This document shows, in pieces, positions 51,471 through 63,377 of a stretch of 64,000 bases of DNA (position 1 is the stretch's first letter; every line of letters begins with the position of its first letter). Below the pieces are notes generated by a model. It worked only from the letters and a program-made list of their open reading frames with translations, was not told the origin of the DNA and ran no database searches. A program made the position numbers and the translations under genes. Source of the stretch: an uncultured cyanobacterium (GTDB lineage: Bacteria; Cyanobacteriota; Cyanobacteriia; Cyanobacteriales; Cyanobacteriaceae); assembly GCA_963710605.1 (NCBI GenBank), contig CAVQBA010000007.1, forward strand, positions 64,001 through 128,000, in the 5' to 3' direction.

Positions 51471-54365
51471 ATGAGTCTCACCCATACTTTAGGTGTACTA
51501 ACAATATTAGTTGTCTGCCCGATACTGGGTTTAATTCCGCTTATTGATTGGTTAACCTACGCTATTAATGGTAAAGAGTTACGCAAATTAGGGACAGGAA
51601 ATGTTTCTGTTTCCGCTGCATTTTATCACGGAGGTAAACTAGCCGGTATCATGGCTGTTTTATCTGAAGCAGGAAAAGGAATTGCTTCTATCTTGTTAAC
51701 TAGAGTTTTCTTTCAGACTGGCTCAACTTGGGAAATAGTTGCTTTAATTGCTTTAGTGGTAGGAAGATATTGGGGTAGTAAAGGTAAAGCCGCTGGGGCG
51801 ACTAATGTAACATGGGGTATTTTATTTCATAACCCCATAGCCGGATTATTAATTGGTATTACAGGTGGAATCAGTTTTACTATTTGGCGAGAAAAACAAA
51901 TAGGTAGAATTAGTATTCTAATTTTGATGGTTGTTATTTTATCCGCTCAAAGAATTCATGATTTTACTTATTTTGTTAGTACGTGTGTCTTGGCAGGTTT
52001 ACTAATATGGATTTACAATCATATGAATGATGATTTGGAATTAGATTTGAACAAAGTGAATAGTGAGTCTAGTAAAATGTTTCGTTTTTTTCGTGGTGAT
52101 ACTGGCGTTCTTAGTTTAAATCAAAATTTGTCAGCGGAAAAAGTAGGTAATAAAGCGGCTAATTTGGCTTTACTTAAAAGGTGGGGTTATAATGTTCCTG
52201 ATGGTTGGGTAATTAAAGTAGGAGACGACTTTAATAAAATAACTAGTTTTTTGCAACCGAGCGAAAATGAGCCTTTAGTAGTACGCTCATCAGCTTTAGA
52301 AGAAGATACAATAAATGCTTCAGCGGCTGGTATTTATGATAGTTTTTTAGATATTAGTAATCCAGTTGATTTACAAAAAGCAATTTTTGATTGTTTTACT
52401 TCTTATGATAGTTCGATCGCTCTTGATTATCGACAACAAAAACAACAAGAAGATAAAGGTATTGCGGTTATTATCCAAAAACAAGTAAAAGGAACTTATT
52501 CAGGTGTAGCATTTAGTCGAGATCCTGTCAATCAATTAGAAGATTGTGTTTGTGTTGAAGCCGTTTCTGGGTTAGGATTACAATTAGTTTCAGGAGAAGT
52601 TACCCCAGAGCAATATCGTATTAGTATCCCCGAAATGACGATTCAAGGAGAAGGTGACACCCCTAAAGACGTATTAGTACAAATTGCTCAAATTGCCAGA
52701 GAAGTAGAGCAAGTTTGTCAAGGTATTCCTCAAGATTTGGAATGGAGTTATGATGGTGATAAATTATGGCTATTACAAACTCGTCCGATAACCAATCTGC
52801 AACCTTTATGGACAAGAAAAATTGCTTCTGAGGTGATACCGGGGGTAATTTGCCCTTTAACATGGTCGATTAATAAGCCTTTAACCTGCGGTGTTTGGGG
52901 TGAAATATTTACCATAGTTTTAGGCAAAAAAGCTCAAAATTTAGATTTTACTAAAACGGCTACTTTACACTATCATCGAGCTTATTTTAATGCCACTTTG
53001 TTAGGCAATATATTTTTATTAATGGGTTTACCCCCAGAGAGTTTAGAGTTTCTTACTCGTGGAAGTAAATTTACTAAACCTCCTTGGAAAAGTACTTTAA
53101 TTAATTTACCTGGTTTAGCGAGATTATTACAAAAAGAATGGGATTTAGAACTTAATTTTAAAGCTGATAACGATCGTTATTTTGCTCCCCTTTTAGATGA
53201 GTTAAATGAAAGTTGCTCTACTATTGATAAACTTTCTAATCAAGAAAAATTCAACCAAATAAACAATATTTTAGCTAGTCTTAAGCAAGTTACTTTTTAT
53301 AATATTTTAGCCCCCTTAAGCTTTAGTTTAAGACAAACATTGTTACAAGTAGATCCTAATGATTTAAACTATCAAAATATTCCTGAAATAGCTTCGGTTA
53401 AAGAATTAGAAAATATCGCAATTGATACTCGTAATTTGCTATCAGAGCAAGAATTAGCGAATATCGATCCTAATAATTATGCCGCATTTTTTACCTATTT
53501 GTCAGAATCTACTGAAAAACAATCAATCTTAGATAGATTTAAAAACTGGTTAGAAAATTACGGCTATTTAAGTAAAGTTGCTACAGATATTAGTGTACCT
53601 CGTTGGCAAGAAGAACCTAAAAATATGAAGATGATGTTTACTAAATTTGTAGCTCAAAATCAAACTTTAGCGTCTAAAAATAAACCTAATATATCCTCTG
53701 GTATTCGGCTTAAAGCAGTTCAACATCGATTAAATACGAAAGGTAAAGTCAATGAAATCTATTCTCAATTGTTAGCTCATTTACGTTACCATTTTATTAG
53801 TATTGAGAAAAAATTTTTACAAGATCATATCTTAGAAAATGAAGGCGATATTTTTTTCTTACGATTTGCTGAAATAGCTGAATATATCCAAAACAAAAAG
53901 TCAGCTACCCAACTACAACAAATAGTTAAAACTAGATATCTACAATGGCAAGAGAGTGATAAAATCAGCCAAATTCCTTATTTAATTTATGGGAATGCAC
54001 CACAAATAGATTTTAATCTTTCATTTACTACTTTAACTTCTAAAGAGCGTTTGACAGGTATCGCCGCTAGTGCAGGAATAGTTGAAGGTAAAATTAGAAT
54101 TGTGACAACTCTAGCAGAAGCGATCGATATAGATTCACAAGTTATTATAGTAGTACCATTTACTGATTCAGGATGGTCAACTATTCTTTCTCAAGCAGGA
54201 GGGTTAATCTCTGAAGTAGGAGGAAAATTATCTCATGGTGCAATTATTGCTAGAGAATATCAAATTCCGGCAGTGATGGATATTAATCATGCTACTCAGA
54301 TTTTTTCTAATGGTCAATTAGTTCGTCTTAATGGTAGTACGGGAGTTATCGAAATTTTAAATTAA
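51471..54365 (+). CDS. PlsY-like acyltransferase domain fused to PPDK/PEP-utilising domains
   Basis: LRKLGTGNVSVSAAFYHGG; VGNKAANL, VVRSSALEED, LLQTRPIT; GGKLSHGAIIAREYQIPAV. Confidence 0.85.
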   Translation: MSLTHTLGVLTILVVCPILGLIPLIDWLTYAINGKELRKLGTGNVSVSAAFYHGGKLAGIMAVLSEAGKGIASILLTRVFFQTGSTWEIVALIALVVGRYWGSKGKAAGATNVTWGILFHNPIAGLLIGITGGISFTIWREKQIGRISILILMVVILSAQRIHDFTYFVSTCVLAGLLIWIYNHMNDDLELDLNKVNSESSKMFRFFRGDTGVLSLNQNLSAEKVGNKAANLALLKRWGYNVPDGWVIKVGDDFNKITSFLQPSENEPLVVRSSALEEDTINASAAGIYDSFLDISNPVDLQKAIFDCFTSYDSSIALDYRQQKQQEDKGIAVIIQKQVKGTYSGVAFSRDPVNQLEDCVCVEAVSGLGLQLVSGEVTPEQYRISIPEMTIQGEGDTPKDVLVQIAQIAREVEQVCQGIPQDLEWSYDGDKLWLLQTRPITNLQPLWTRKIASEVIPGVICPLTWSINKPLTCGVWGEIFTIVLGKKAQNLDFTKTATLHYHRAYFNATLLGNIFLLMGLPPESLEFLTRGSKFTKPPWKSTLINLPGLARLLQKEWDLELNFKADNDRYFAPLLDELNESCSTIDKLSNQEKFNQINNILASLKQVTFYNILAPLSFSLRQTLLQVDPNDLNYQNIPEIASVKELENIAIDTRNLLSEQELANIDPNNYAAFFTYLSESTEKQSILDRFKNWLENYGYLSKVATDISVPRWQEEPKNMKMMFTKFVAQNQTLASKNKPNISSGIRLKAVQHRLNTKGKVNEIYSQLLAHLRYHFISIEKKFLQDHILENEGDIFFLRFAEIAEYIQNKKSATQLQQIVKTRYLQWQESDKISQIPYLIYGNAPQIDFNLSFTTLTSKERLTGIAASAGIVEGKIRIVTTLAEAIDIDSQVIIVVPFTDSGWSTILSQAGGLISEVGGKLSHGAIIAREYQIPAVMDINHATQIFSNGQLVRLNGSTGVIEILN

Positions 54366-55101
54366 AAAATGTAGTTGGCAGATTCGATTAAAGTTTTCTT
54401 TTTTATTTTTAGTCCGTTTGAGTAATTGACTGATTAATTTCTTGATTTAATTTATCAAAAATAGCTCTTTATTTTTTTAGAGTATAGATTAGTCAATAGT
54501 TCGTTTTTAATTAATTATAACTAAAGCAAAAAAAGCGAATATCTCCAAATGAATTAGTCATCTAAAAAGTTAAAATCAGTTTAATACGTTAGGCTTTAAA
54601 TATCACTATATTATTTATATTTATTATCTAATCACAACAGTATTTGTCGATAATAATTATTTATTAAAGTTTATTTAATTAAAACAAATCTTTGTAAAAA
54701 AAATAAAAGATAGTTTAAATGTATTGTCAAAAATAAAATAGATATAACTACACAAGTTGATAAAAATCGATCGTATTGTTAGAGTCTTAAAATTTAGGCT
54801 TAATTTATAATATTTTATTTTTGTTTTTTACTTACTAACCTATTAATAATTACTTGGTCAAAACACGATACTTTTTCAATTATTAATGTATGTTAAGAGA
54901 ATTATGAGCGTATAATATGAAAGATTAAAAATATGCTATCAAGTAAAAAATAGAGATGAGCAAAAATATAAATTTAATTACAAGTTACGATCGATCGATT
55001 CTAAAAATAAAGAAGAAATGAAAGAGTGGAAAAAGTTGAGCAAAAAATAGCTAAAAGTTGTAATTAATTGGATTTTAGTAATATAAAGGAATAAAAACTC
55101 A

Positions 55102-55896
55102 ATGGATGAAAGACAACCATTAATTGAATTAAGAGGAGTTAGTAAATCTTATGGCAATCGTTCTATTTTAACTAAAGCCAATCTGAAAGTATATCAAGGC
55201 GATGCACTAGTTGTTATTGGCCCTAGTGGTACAGGAAAATCAACTATTCTTAGATTAATTGCTGGTTTGACCGAACCAGATGAAGGTGAAATCTATGTTA
55301 AAGGAATAAGAAGACTAGGCTCGATCGAAGACTATGATGATCCATTAAACATTAGTATGGTATTTCAACAAGCCGCTTTATTTGATTCTTTAAGCGTCAG
55401 AGAAAATATCGCTTTTTCTTTATACCAAAAACGATCGAATTTATCTCAAGAGCAAATTATCCAGATAGTTGATGACAGTCTAGAAAGAGTTGGTTTACCT
55501 AATAAAGTAGCCGATTTATTTCCTGCGGAATTATCAGGAGGTATGCGTAAAAAAGTGAGCTTTGCTCGTGCGGTAGTCTTTAATCCTCAAAAACCAGAAG
55601 AGCGTCCTGAGATAATATTGTATGATGAACCAACAGCAGGATTAGATCCGATTGCTTCAACGGTGGTAGAAGACTTAGTTAAAAGTATTCAATCTTCTTT
55701 TGCTGATTCTAGTACTTATGTTATGGTAAGTCATCAAGATAGTACAATTCGTCGCACAGGCGATCGATTAGTTTTTTTATATGATGGCAACGTACAATGG
55801 GAAGGAAATGTTAGTCAAATTGATCATACAGAGAATCAATTAGTAAGACAGTTTTTTAGTGCCAGTATCAATGGACCAATTCAAGTGATTAATTAA
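55102..55896 (+). CDS. mlaF: MlaF/TGD3-like ABC ATPase
   Basis: GPSGTGKST, LSGGMRK, LYDEPTAGLDP; upstream of mlaD. Confidence 0.88.
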   Translation: MDERQPLIELRGVSKSYGNRSILTKANLKVYQGDALVVIGPSGTGKSTILRLIAGLTEPDEGEIYVKGIRRLGSIEDYDDPLNISMVFQQAALFDSLSVRENIAFSLYQKRSNLSQEQIIQIVDDSLERVGLPNKVADLFPAELSGGMRKKVSFARAVVFNPQKPEERPEIILYDEPTAGLDPIASTVVEDLVKSIQSSFADSSTYVMVSHQDSTIRRTGDRLVFLYDGNVQWEGNVSQIDHTENQLVRQFFSASINGPIQVIN

Positions 55897-55919
55897 GTAA
55901 TAAAATTGAGGATGAGAAT

Positions 55920-57284
55920 ATGTTTCGTTCACGGTCAAAACAAGAAAGCCTTGTGGGACTATTTATTTTACTCGGTATCGTTTTGTTTGGCGGGATTATT
56001 TTTTTTCTCAGAGGTAGCTCTTTTCAAGATAAAAATTATCAACTCAAATTATTATTTAACGATGCAGGAGGATTAAGAGAAGGGGCAAAAGTATATTATC
56101 GTGGTGTCGCTGTCGGTAAAATTACTTCGATCGATCCTAGCAGTAATGGTGTCGAGGTATCCACCGAAATTGATGGTGATTTACTTATACCTAAAGATGT
56201 TAAAGTTACCACTCTACGTACGGGTTTATTAGGAGATGTAAGCATCAATATTGTTCCTCAGCGTAATTTAGATTCTCTACCGACCAAAATTGAACCACAA
56301 GACACTGAATGTAGCCAACAAAATTTAATTCTGTGTGATAGTGAACAAATAAACGCCAAATCTACACCTGATTTATTTGAAAGTTTAGCCGTGATTACCG
56401 AACGTCTTAATAATGATCAATTTTTTGAGATGATTGATAGTACTTTAGTTAATGTTAATGAAACTACACTAAAAATAGCATTACTAAGCGATCAATTAAC
56501 AGGTACTGTAGTTGAACTAAGAAAAGAATTAAATACCTTTGTTGATACCACCGAAAAAATTGGTAATACTGCCGATAAGATTGGTAATAGTGCCGAGATT
56601 GTTAATGGTACAGTTCAAAAGTTTGGTAATACCGCCGATTCTTTAGCTCGCACCGCTGATGTGGCTACACTCCAAATTGATAGTTTGAGTAATAGTTATC
56701 GTGATACAGCGATCGAACTCAACTCACTTGCGAGTAATCTTAATCGACTTATTGACGATAATAAAACTAACTTCAGTGGAGCGATCGATAATTTTACCCT
56801 CACCACCAACGAAATTAATAAACTAATTAGTAAAACCGATTTGCTACTAGCGGAAGTATCCACCGACGATGTAGGTAAAATTAGTAAAAACATCAGTGAA
56901 ACAAGCGACAATCTTAGTCAAATCAGTCAAGACTTACGAGCTTTATCAGCAGAATTAAATAACCCAACTAATTTAGTTACCCTACAACAAACCTTAGATT
57001 CAGCCAGAGTAACTTTCGCCAATACAGCTAAAATCACCTCTGATATAGACGAGTTTACAGGAGATCCAGAATTTAGAAATAACTTACGAAAACTAGTTGA
57101 TGGTTTAGGCAATCTAGTCTCTTATACCGATGTGCTAGAAAAACAAATAGAATTAGCCAAACTACTAGAAGAAGTAGAAAAAATTACTCCTAAGGAAAAC
57201 TTGACGATTAAAAATAAATCAAGCAAATTCCCAACCGCTTTTTCTGGGGATAAGACAAATTCTAAATTTGAAAATCAAAACTAA
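55920..57284 (+). CDS. mlaD: MlaD/MCE-family lipid transport protein
   Basis: TM segment, FNDAGGL.EGA.V.YRGV.VG MCE motif, helical C-terminus. Confidence 0.88.
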   Translation: MFRSRSKQESLVGLFILLGIVLFGGIIFFLRGSSFQDKNYQLKLLFNDAGGLREGAKVYYRGVAVGKITSIDPSSNGVEVSTEIDGDLLIPKDVKVTTLRTGLLGDVSINIVPQRNLDSLPTKIEPQDTECSQQNLILCDSEQINAKSTPDLFESLAVITERLNNDQFFEMIDSTLVNVNETTLKIALLSDQLTGTVVELRKELNTFVDTTEKIGNTADKIGNSAEIVNGTVQKFGNTADSLARTADVATLQIDSLSNSYRDTAIELNSLASNLNRLIDDNKTNFSGAIDNFTLTTNEINKLISKTDLLLAEVSTDDVGKISKNISETSDNLSQISQDLRALSAELNNPTNLVTLQQTLDSARVTFANTAKITSDIDEFTGDPEFRNNLRKLVDGLGNLVSYTDVLEKQIELAKLLEEVEKITPKENLTIKNKSSKFPTAFSGDKTNSKFENQN

Positions 57285-57320
57285 ACGATCGTAATTTAAA
57301 AGCCTTGTAGTAAGTAGTAA

Positions 57321-57680
57321 GTAGGTTGGGTTAAGCCCCAAAAATATATAGTCAAAAATTATAACTTCAAATAAAGCGAAACCCAACGGTTAAAAACATT
57401 TTCAGCTAGAGAAAGTCCTCGCCTCATCTTTATTTGACCGAAATATTTAGAAAATAATTAGCTTTTAGCTGTTATCTTATTACTCTTTACTTGTTACTCC
57501 TTACTCATTACTCATTATTATCAATGTGATTGGGTGTTGGGTTTCGCCTTTATTTTATCGATCGAATGTATATTGAGCTTTTCGTAGCTTAACCCAACCT
57601 ACTTGATCTAGCTCATCATTAATACATTTACATTTTTCTCTGATTGAATGTTGGGTTTCGCCTTTATTTTATCGATCGAA
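57321..57680. repeat. Cluster of about 67-bp dispersed repeats in inverted arrangement
   Basis: GTAGGTTGGGTTAAGC...AAAGCGAAACCCAAC at 57321-87; inverted copy 57536-602; partial copy 57650-80; relative at 12326-12392. Confidence 0.8.
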
Positions 57681-57950
57681 TATTGCGTTTACAACTGTAA
57701 CCACAGTAATAATCTTGTTCTCCCCAGAATTGGGAGGCTAAGGGGGCAATTTTAGCCAACAGGTAAAAGCTAAAAGCTCACAGCTAAAAACCATCACAAA
57801 ACTTAACACTATTCATCGTCAGCAAAAAATATTGCTAGATTGTTGAGAGAAGGTAAATATTTAGAAATTTATGCTGAAAAATCATTAATATTGAAATAAC
57901 AGACATCAACTAAATAGTTTACTCGCATTTATTCAACGACTCGATTAGAA

Positions 57951-59549
57951 ATGGACTTAACAAACTTTCCTTGGCTAACGACAATTATTCTTTTACCAGT
58001 CTTATCATCTTTGGTTGTCTTCGTAATACCTGATAAAAATGGTAAAAACGTTAGATGGTTCGCTTTGACAATTGGTTTAATTGATTTTGTCTTAATAGTC
58101 TATGCCTTTTATCAAGGTTATGATTTAAGCAATCCTAATCTACAATTAGTAGAAAGCTATACTTGGATACCCGGAATTGATCTTAAATGGTCAGTTGGTG
58201 CTGATGGTTTATCAATGCCTCTAATCATTCTCACAGGCTTTATCTCGACTCTGGCTATTATGGCGGCATGGCCGGTTACCTTCAAGCCTAGATTATTTTA
58301 CTTCTTGATGTTAGCGATGTATGGCGGACAAATTGCTGTATTTGCTGTCCAAGATATGCTACTTTTCTTCCTCGTTTGGGAATTAGAATTAGTACCCGTT
58401 TATCTCATCCTATCTATTTGGGGCGGTAAGAAACGTTTGTATGCGGCGACCAAATTTATCCTTTATACCGCTGGAGGTTCTTTATTTATCCTTGTAGCCG
58501 CCTTAACGATGGCTTTTTATGGTGATACCGTTACTTTTGATATGACGACGATAGCGAGTAAGGATATTAGTATGAACTTACAGTTGTTACTCTACGGCGG
58601 TTTACTAATTGCTTACGGTGTCAAGTTACCTATCTTTCCCCTACATACATGGTTGCCTGATGCCCACGGAGAAGCTACTGCACCCGCCCATATGCTTTTA
58701 GCTGGTATTCTACTTAAAATGGGTGGTTATGCTTTAATTCGGATGAATGCAGGTATGTTACCTGATGCCCATAGTGTTTTTGCTCCTATTCTGATAATTT
58801 TGGGGGTAGTTAATATCATCTATGCCGCCTTCACCTCTTTTGCTCAAAGGAATCTCAAACGAAAAATTGCCTACTCCTCAATTTCTCACATGGGTTTTGT
58901 TTTAATCGGTATGGCTTCTTATACTGATGTTGGTATGAGTGGAGCGATGTTACAAATGATTTCTCATGGTTTGATCGGTGCGAGTCTTTTCTTTATGGTA
59001 GGGGCAACATACGATCGAACTCATACTCTTATGTTAGATGAAATGGGAGGAGTCGGGCAAAAGATGAAGAAAATGTTTGCGATGTGGACAACCTGCTCGA
59101 TGGCATCTTTGGCTTTACCTGGTATGAGTGGTTTTGTCGCCGAATTAATGGTATTTATCGGTTTTGCGACTAGTGATGCTTATAATTCTACTTTCAAAAT
59201 TATCATGGTTTCTTTAGCGGCTGTCGGTGTCATTTTAACTCCGATATATCTACTCTCTATGTTAAGAGAATTATTATACGGCCCAGAAAACAAAGAATTA
59301 GTTTCTCATAGTAATTTAATTGATGCTGAGCCTAGAGAAGTCTTTATTATCGCTTGTTTATTAATACCTATTATTGGTATTGGTTTGTATCCTAAAATCG
59401 TAACGCAAATTTATGATTCAACGATTCATCAGTTAACAGGGGTACTTCGAGATTCTGTACCTAGCTTACAGCAAGCGGCTACTCTTCCAGAGGTAGATCA
59501 AGATTATAATACTCAATTTGTTGCTTTAAAAGCACCTTCTATTAACTAA
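57951..59549 (+). CDS. ndhD: NAD(P)H-quinone oxidoreductase subunit 4 (NdhD1)
   Basis: [41 protein letters not shown]. Confidence 0.95.
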   Translation: MDLTNFPWLTTIILLPVLSSLVVFVIPDKNGKNVRWFALTIGLIDFVLIVYAFYQGYDLSNPNLQLVESYTWIPGIDLKWSVGADGLSMPLIILTGFISTLAIMAAWPVTFKPRLFYFLMLAMYGGQIAVFAVQDMLLFFLVWELELVPVYLILSIWGGKKRLYAATKFILYTAGGSLFILVAALTMAFYGDTVTFDMTTIASKDISMNLQLLLYGGLLIAYGVKLPIFPLHTWLPDAHGEATAPAHMLLAGILLKMGGYALIRMNAGMLPDAHSVFAPILIILGVVNIIYAAFTSFAQRNLKRKIAYSSISHMGFVLIGMASYTDVGMSGAMLQMISHGLIGASLFFMVGATYDRTHTLMLDEMGGVGQKMKKMFAMWTTCSMASLALPGMSGFVAELMVFIGFATSDAYNSTFKIIMVSLAAVGVILTPIYLLSMLRELLYGPENKELVSHSNLIDAEPREVFIIACLLIPIIGIGLYPKIVTQIYDSTIHQLTGVLRDSVPSLQQAATLPEVDQDYNTQFVALKAPSIN

Positions 59550-59717
59550 TTAACCTCCGAAAAATATCTTAGTTTTTTGAAAAGGCAATATTAGTTATAA
59601 CAAGAAAATAAAAATCATTCATACTTAATTTAAGTTGACAGTTAATTATCAAATTTGTCAGTCTCTAGACTACAAGTAATTAACTCTCAGCTTTTTTTAA
59701 TCGGTAAATACGACGGA

Positions 59718-59877
59718 TATAGTCGTTTAAAATAAGGATGAGACAATTTTGAAGATTAAATTTAAGTTTAATTTATTAAACGGTATCTATTAGCCTTGTA
59801 ATTGATTACAAGGTGGGGGAAAAATTCAAGTTTAAAATATAATTAATACTGTCTCAATTTTAATTTAAATTACTATA
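59718..59877. mobile_element. About 160-bp MITE, copy B (inverted relative to 30054-30215)
   Basis: Reverse complement aligns with copy A (TTGAGACAGTATTAAT, TTACAAGGCTAA, CCGTTTAATAAATTAAACT, TTATTTTAAACGACTATA). Confidence 0.8.
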
Positions 59878-60236
59878 ATCAACAATTGACACTTAATCTC
59901 TAATCTCTAATTGCCAATTCCTCATTCTTCAATTATTGTCTGTTGCGAATAATACTTAAACATTTTAGAATAAGTTTTAGTTATCATAAGAAGACACAGT
60001 CATTATCACAATAGAGAAAGTAGATTAGTTGTGATTATTATCTAATTTGATAATTTATTATTCTATTACTGCTTGTACAAGCTTTTTGAGCTTTGTTATA
60101 AAACAGATAGCAGTTAACAATTTGCGATCGTCTGTTCAACTTTTGTCCTAAAAAATAATGTTGTTCTCGTGGAGTGATAGCGAACAAGTGTAGAGAAAAA
60201 ACTTACATTTAATCCTTAACTTAACTCTATTTCTAA

Positions 60237-62108
60237 TTGTCGTCAAATTTTATGAAGATAGCTCTAAAAATATTACCTCGTACTAAACCGCTAAGACTAT
60301 TTATTTGTTTTGGTGGTGGGATATTATTAGCGTTAATTTTATCGACATTTAGTCATTATCGTTACTGGTATGGCACGATGAAATCAGTACAAGCAACTAA
60401 AATCAATATTATTTCTGAAAGTGTACCCACGAAGTTATCTTTACTACTAGTAAATAAGCAAGAAGAAGAGATACAAAAACTTTTAGATAGTACTGATGGC
60501 TATGTTGGCTTAGTGGTTACTGATTGCTTGGAAGTGACGAATAATTGCCTCAATCAAAATATTATTTATCAAACTCAAATCGATCGAGGTTGGGGTAAAA
60601 AGATTCTTCAACCTAACAACTTAGCCCAAAACTCTTTCGATATCTTAACTAATCCCCCACCACTGATTACTAATAACAATTCACAACTTAATCAAAATCA
60701 AACTGCTTCAGAAATTTTAGGTAGAGTTTATTATCTTCGCTTATCTCCTTCTAGTTTTGTTGAAGAATTAAAGGAATGGTTGATTAATCTTATCAAACTC
60801 AAACCTCAAAGTATTATTCATCCTTATACTGCTTTTTTTGCTTTGACTTTTTTGTCTGTGTTTATTGGTTTGAAATTTTTTGAAAGAGAAGTCGAAAAAA
60901 TAGAAAGTATCGCTAAAATCAGGCAAAAAAAACTAGAAATAGATTTAAATAAACTAAAAAAATATAACAAAACACTGATTAATGCTCAAGATAATTTTAA
61001 TCAAGAAATTAATAGTTTAAACGAAGATATTATAAGTTTACAAGCCAGAACAGCTAAATTTAAAGAAGAGATTAAAAATAAAGAAGATAAACAGTATAAG
61101 CAAGAACAAAAAATACTTAAAACTCAAAATATTTTAAGAGAGTATAAAACAGAATTAGCTCAGACAAAAGAAATTAAACTAATAAATGAAGAAGAAAAAG
61201 AAAACTTAATTTCTAAAATTCAACTACAACAAAAAGAATTAGAAGCTCAAGAATCAGATTTAAAAACATACCTAGAAGAATTAAAAGCTACAAATCAAGA
61301 ACTTACTCTTAATCAATACAAAGAAGAGGAAATTCTAAGATTACTGAGAAAAAGAGAAAAAGAAAAAGTACAACTAGAAAAACAACTTAACGAGAAAGAA
61401 AATCAACTCAACGAAAAAGAAAAACAAATTCAAACATTAGAACAACAAAAAAAAGAATATCAAACTTGGCAAGAACTTGCTCAAGAATTAGAAAAAGATT
61501 TAGATGAAGCTGACTTACTACAAGAAAAAGTAGCTCTTTTAGAAAAAGAAAAATTAGACTACGAAAAACTAATTAAAGATTTAGAAACAACTAATGATCA
61601 ACTTAATATTTCTTTATTAGAATCACAAAGACAAAATAGACAAGTAATTATCGATGAGCATCAAAACATAGATGAAGAAATTAATAAAGAATGGACTATT
61701 TTATGTACTGATAAATTTATTGATTTTTGGTATAATCTCAGCGATGAAGATAAAATTAAAACGGTTATTTACATTGATTATTTACAACAAAAAGGAGTTA
61801 CTTTAAACTATCCTTATAGTAGTGATATTAGAGGTTCTTGTTATCGTGAATTAATTCCGATTAGTCATGCTAATGAAGCTATTAGAATATTCTATAAATT
61901 TACTCCGGCGAGAATTCCAATTCTATTATGTGGTGGAGACAAAGATGGTAAAAATTCTGAAAGATGGTATCGCAAATATGTCGGGATTGCAGAAAATGAA
62001 TATAATAATTATTTAAAAAATCAAGAGGCTTTTTCTTTTAATGATCTTTGGCAAGAAATTAATCCTTTAGAACGTAGAAAAGCAATTAAAAAGTTTATGA
62101 AAATCTAA
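60237..62108 (+). CDS. Two-TM coiled-coil protein with C-terminal RelE/Gp49-like toxin domain
   Basis: TM-extracytoplasmic-TM, about 260 aa coiled coil, then W.I..TD.F..FW..L, LQQKGVTLNYPYSS.I.GS, REL, IRIFYKF.P.R..ILLCGGDK. Confidence 0.78.
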   Translation: MSSNFMKIALKILPRTKPLRLFICFGGGILLALILSTFSHYRYWYGTMKSVQATKINIISESVPTKLSLLLVNKQEEEIQKLLDSTDGYVGLVVTDCLEVTNNCLNQNIIYQTQIDRGWGKKILQPNNLAQNSFDILTNPPPLITNNNSQLNQNQTASEILGRVYYLRLSPSSFVEELKEWLINLIKLKPQSIIHPYTAFFALTFLSVFIGLKFFEREVEKIESIAKIRQKKLEIDLNKLKKYNKTLINAQDNFNQEINSLNEDIISLQARTAKFKEEIKNKEDKQYKQEQKILKTQNILREYKTELAQTKEIKLINEEEKENLISKIQLQQKELEAQESDLKTYLEELKATNQELTLNQYKEEEILRLLRKREKEKVQLEKQLNEKENQLNEKEKQIQTLEQQKKEYQTWQELAQELEKDLDEADLLQEKVALLEKEKLDYEKLIKDLETTNDQLNISLLESQRQNRQVIIDEHQNIDEEINKEWTILCTDKFIDFWYNLSDEDKIKTVIYIDYLQQKGVTLNYPYSSDIRGSCYRELIPISHANEAIRIFYKFTPARIPILLCGGDKDGKNSERWYRKYVGIAENEYNNYLKNQEAFSFNDLWQEINPLERRKAIKKFMKI

Positions 62109-62225
62109 TTGACAATTAATATTTAAAAATTAAAATTGGTTTAACTAATTAGTCTCAATAATAGTCCAAAGGCGATCGTTAATAATAATCACCTTTTTTT
62201 AAATTTTTTTCGATCGAAAGTTTGG

Positions 62226-63219
62226 TTAACGAAACATAATACTAACTGAACTATCTTCATGAATACGCCAAATTGTCTCACCGACAAGATTAGCCACAGA
62301 TAAAACTTTTAGTTGAGGGAAATAATTATCTAAATGAATCGGAATTGTATTGGTAACAATTACTTCTTCAAACACATCGCTAGAAAGACGTGACATTGCA
62401 TGCAGAGAAAACTGCATGAGTAGCACAAGCATATATCTTGTTTGCACCTTCTTTTTTTAATAATCTTGCACCTTCTAGTAAAGTACCGGCTGTATCAATC
62501 ATATCATCAACTAAAATAGCATTTTTCCCCTTAACATCACCAATCACATTCATCACCTCAGCCACATTATGAGCTTGACGACGTTTGTCGATAATTGCTA
62601 AAGGAGCATCATTTAGTTTTTTAGCAAAAGCCCTTGCCCTTGCTACGCCACCAACATCTGGAGAAACAACAACTAAGTCTTCAATGTTTTTTTGTTGTAG
62701 GTAATCTAAAACTACAGGAGAACCATACACATGATCTAATGGAATATCAAAGTATCCTTGTATTTGAGCTGAATGTAAATCCATTGCCAAGACTCTATCC
62801 GCACCACTATTAGTAATCAAATTAGCTACTAATTTAGCGGAAATCGATTCTCTACCTGCTGTTTTACGATCGGCTCTAGCATATCCATAATAAGGAATTA
62901 CAGCGGTTATTTGTCGTGCTGAAGCTCGACGACAAGCATCAATCATAATCATTAATTCCATCAAATTGTCATTAACGGGATTACAGCAAGGTTGAATTAA
63001 ATAAACATCACAACCCCTTATTGATTCTTGGATTTGAACGTATAACTCACCATCGGCGAATCTTTTACGAACCATAGGCCCTAAATCCATACCTAGATAA
63101 CGAGCTATTTCGGTTGCTAAACCAATATTAGCTGAACCTGAGAATAAACGTAAGCGATTGTTCTCGGATATGTGTTGTGACAGTGTTTGATTTACTGTCA
63201 AGGTGGCAGAATGACTCAC
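62226..63219 (-). CDS. prs: Ribose-phosphate pyrophosphokinase, frameshift near 62405
   Basis: [36 protein letters not shown]-terminus ([10 protein letters not shown]...HEDSSVS) lies in the adjacent frame. Confidence 0.94.
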
Positions 63220-63377
63220 GGCAGATTCTTTAGCCTCTGTGAATTTATTACTACTGTACCCATTTATTCTTAAAAAAAAGCACAGATTTATAAATAGCTT
63301 AGCATTTATAATCTACAGTATCAATCAATTTTATTGTTGATTTGTGTATTTTATTATATTATTGTTAATTTTTTTAA

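Noticed and set aside
54366-55101. Long intergenic region as a hidden gene or ncRNA
   Set aside because: Extremely AT-rich, with no ORF or convincing structure
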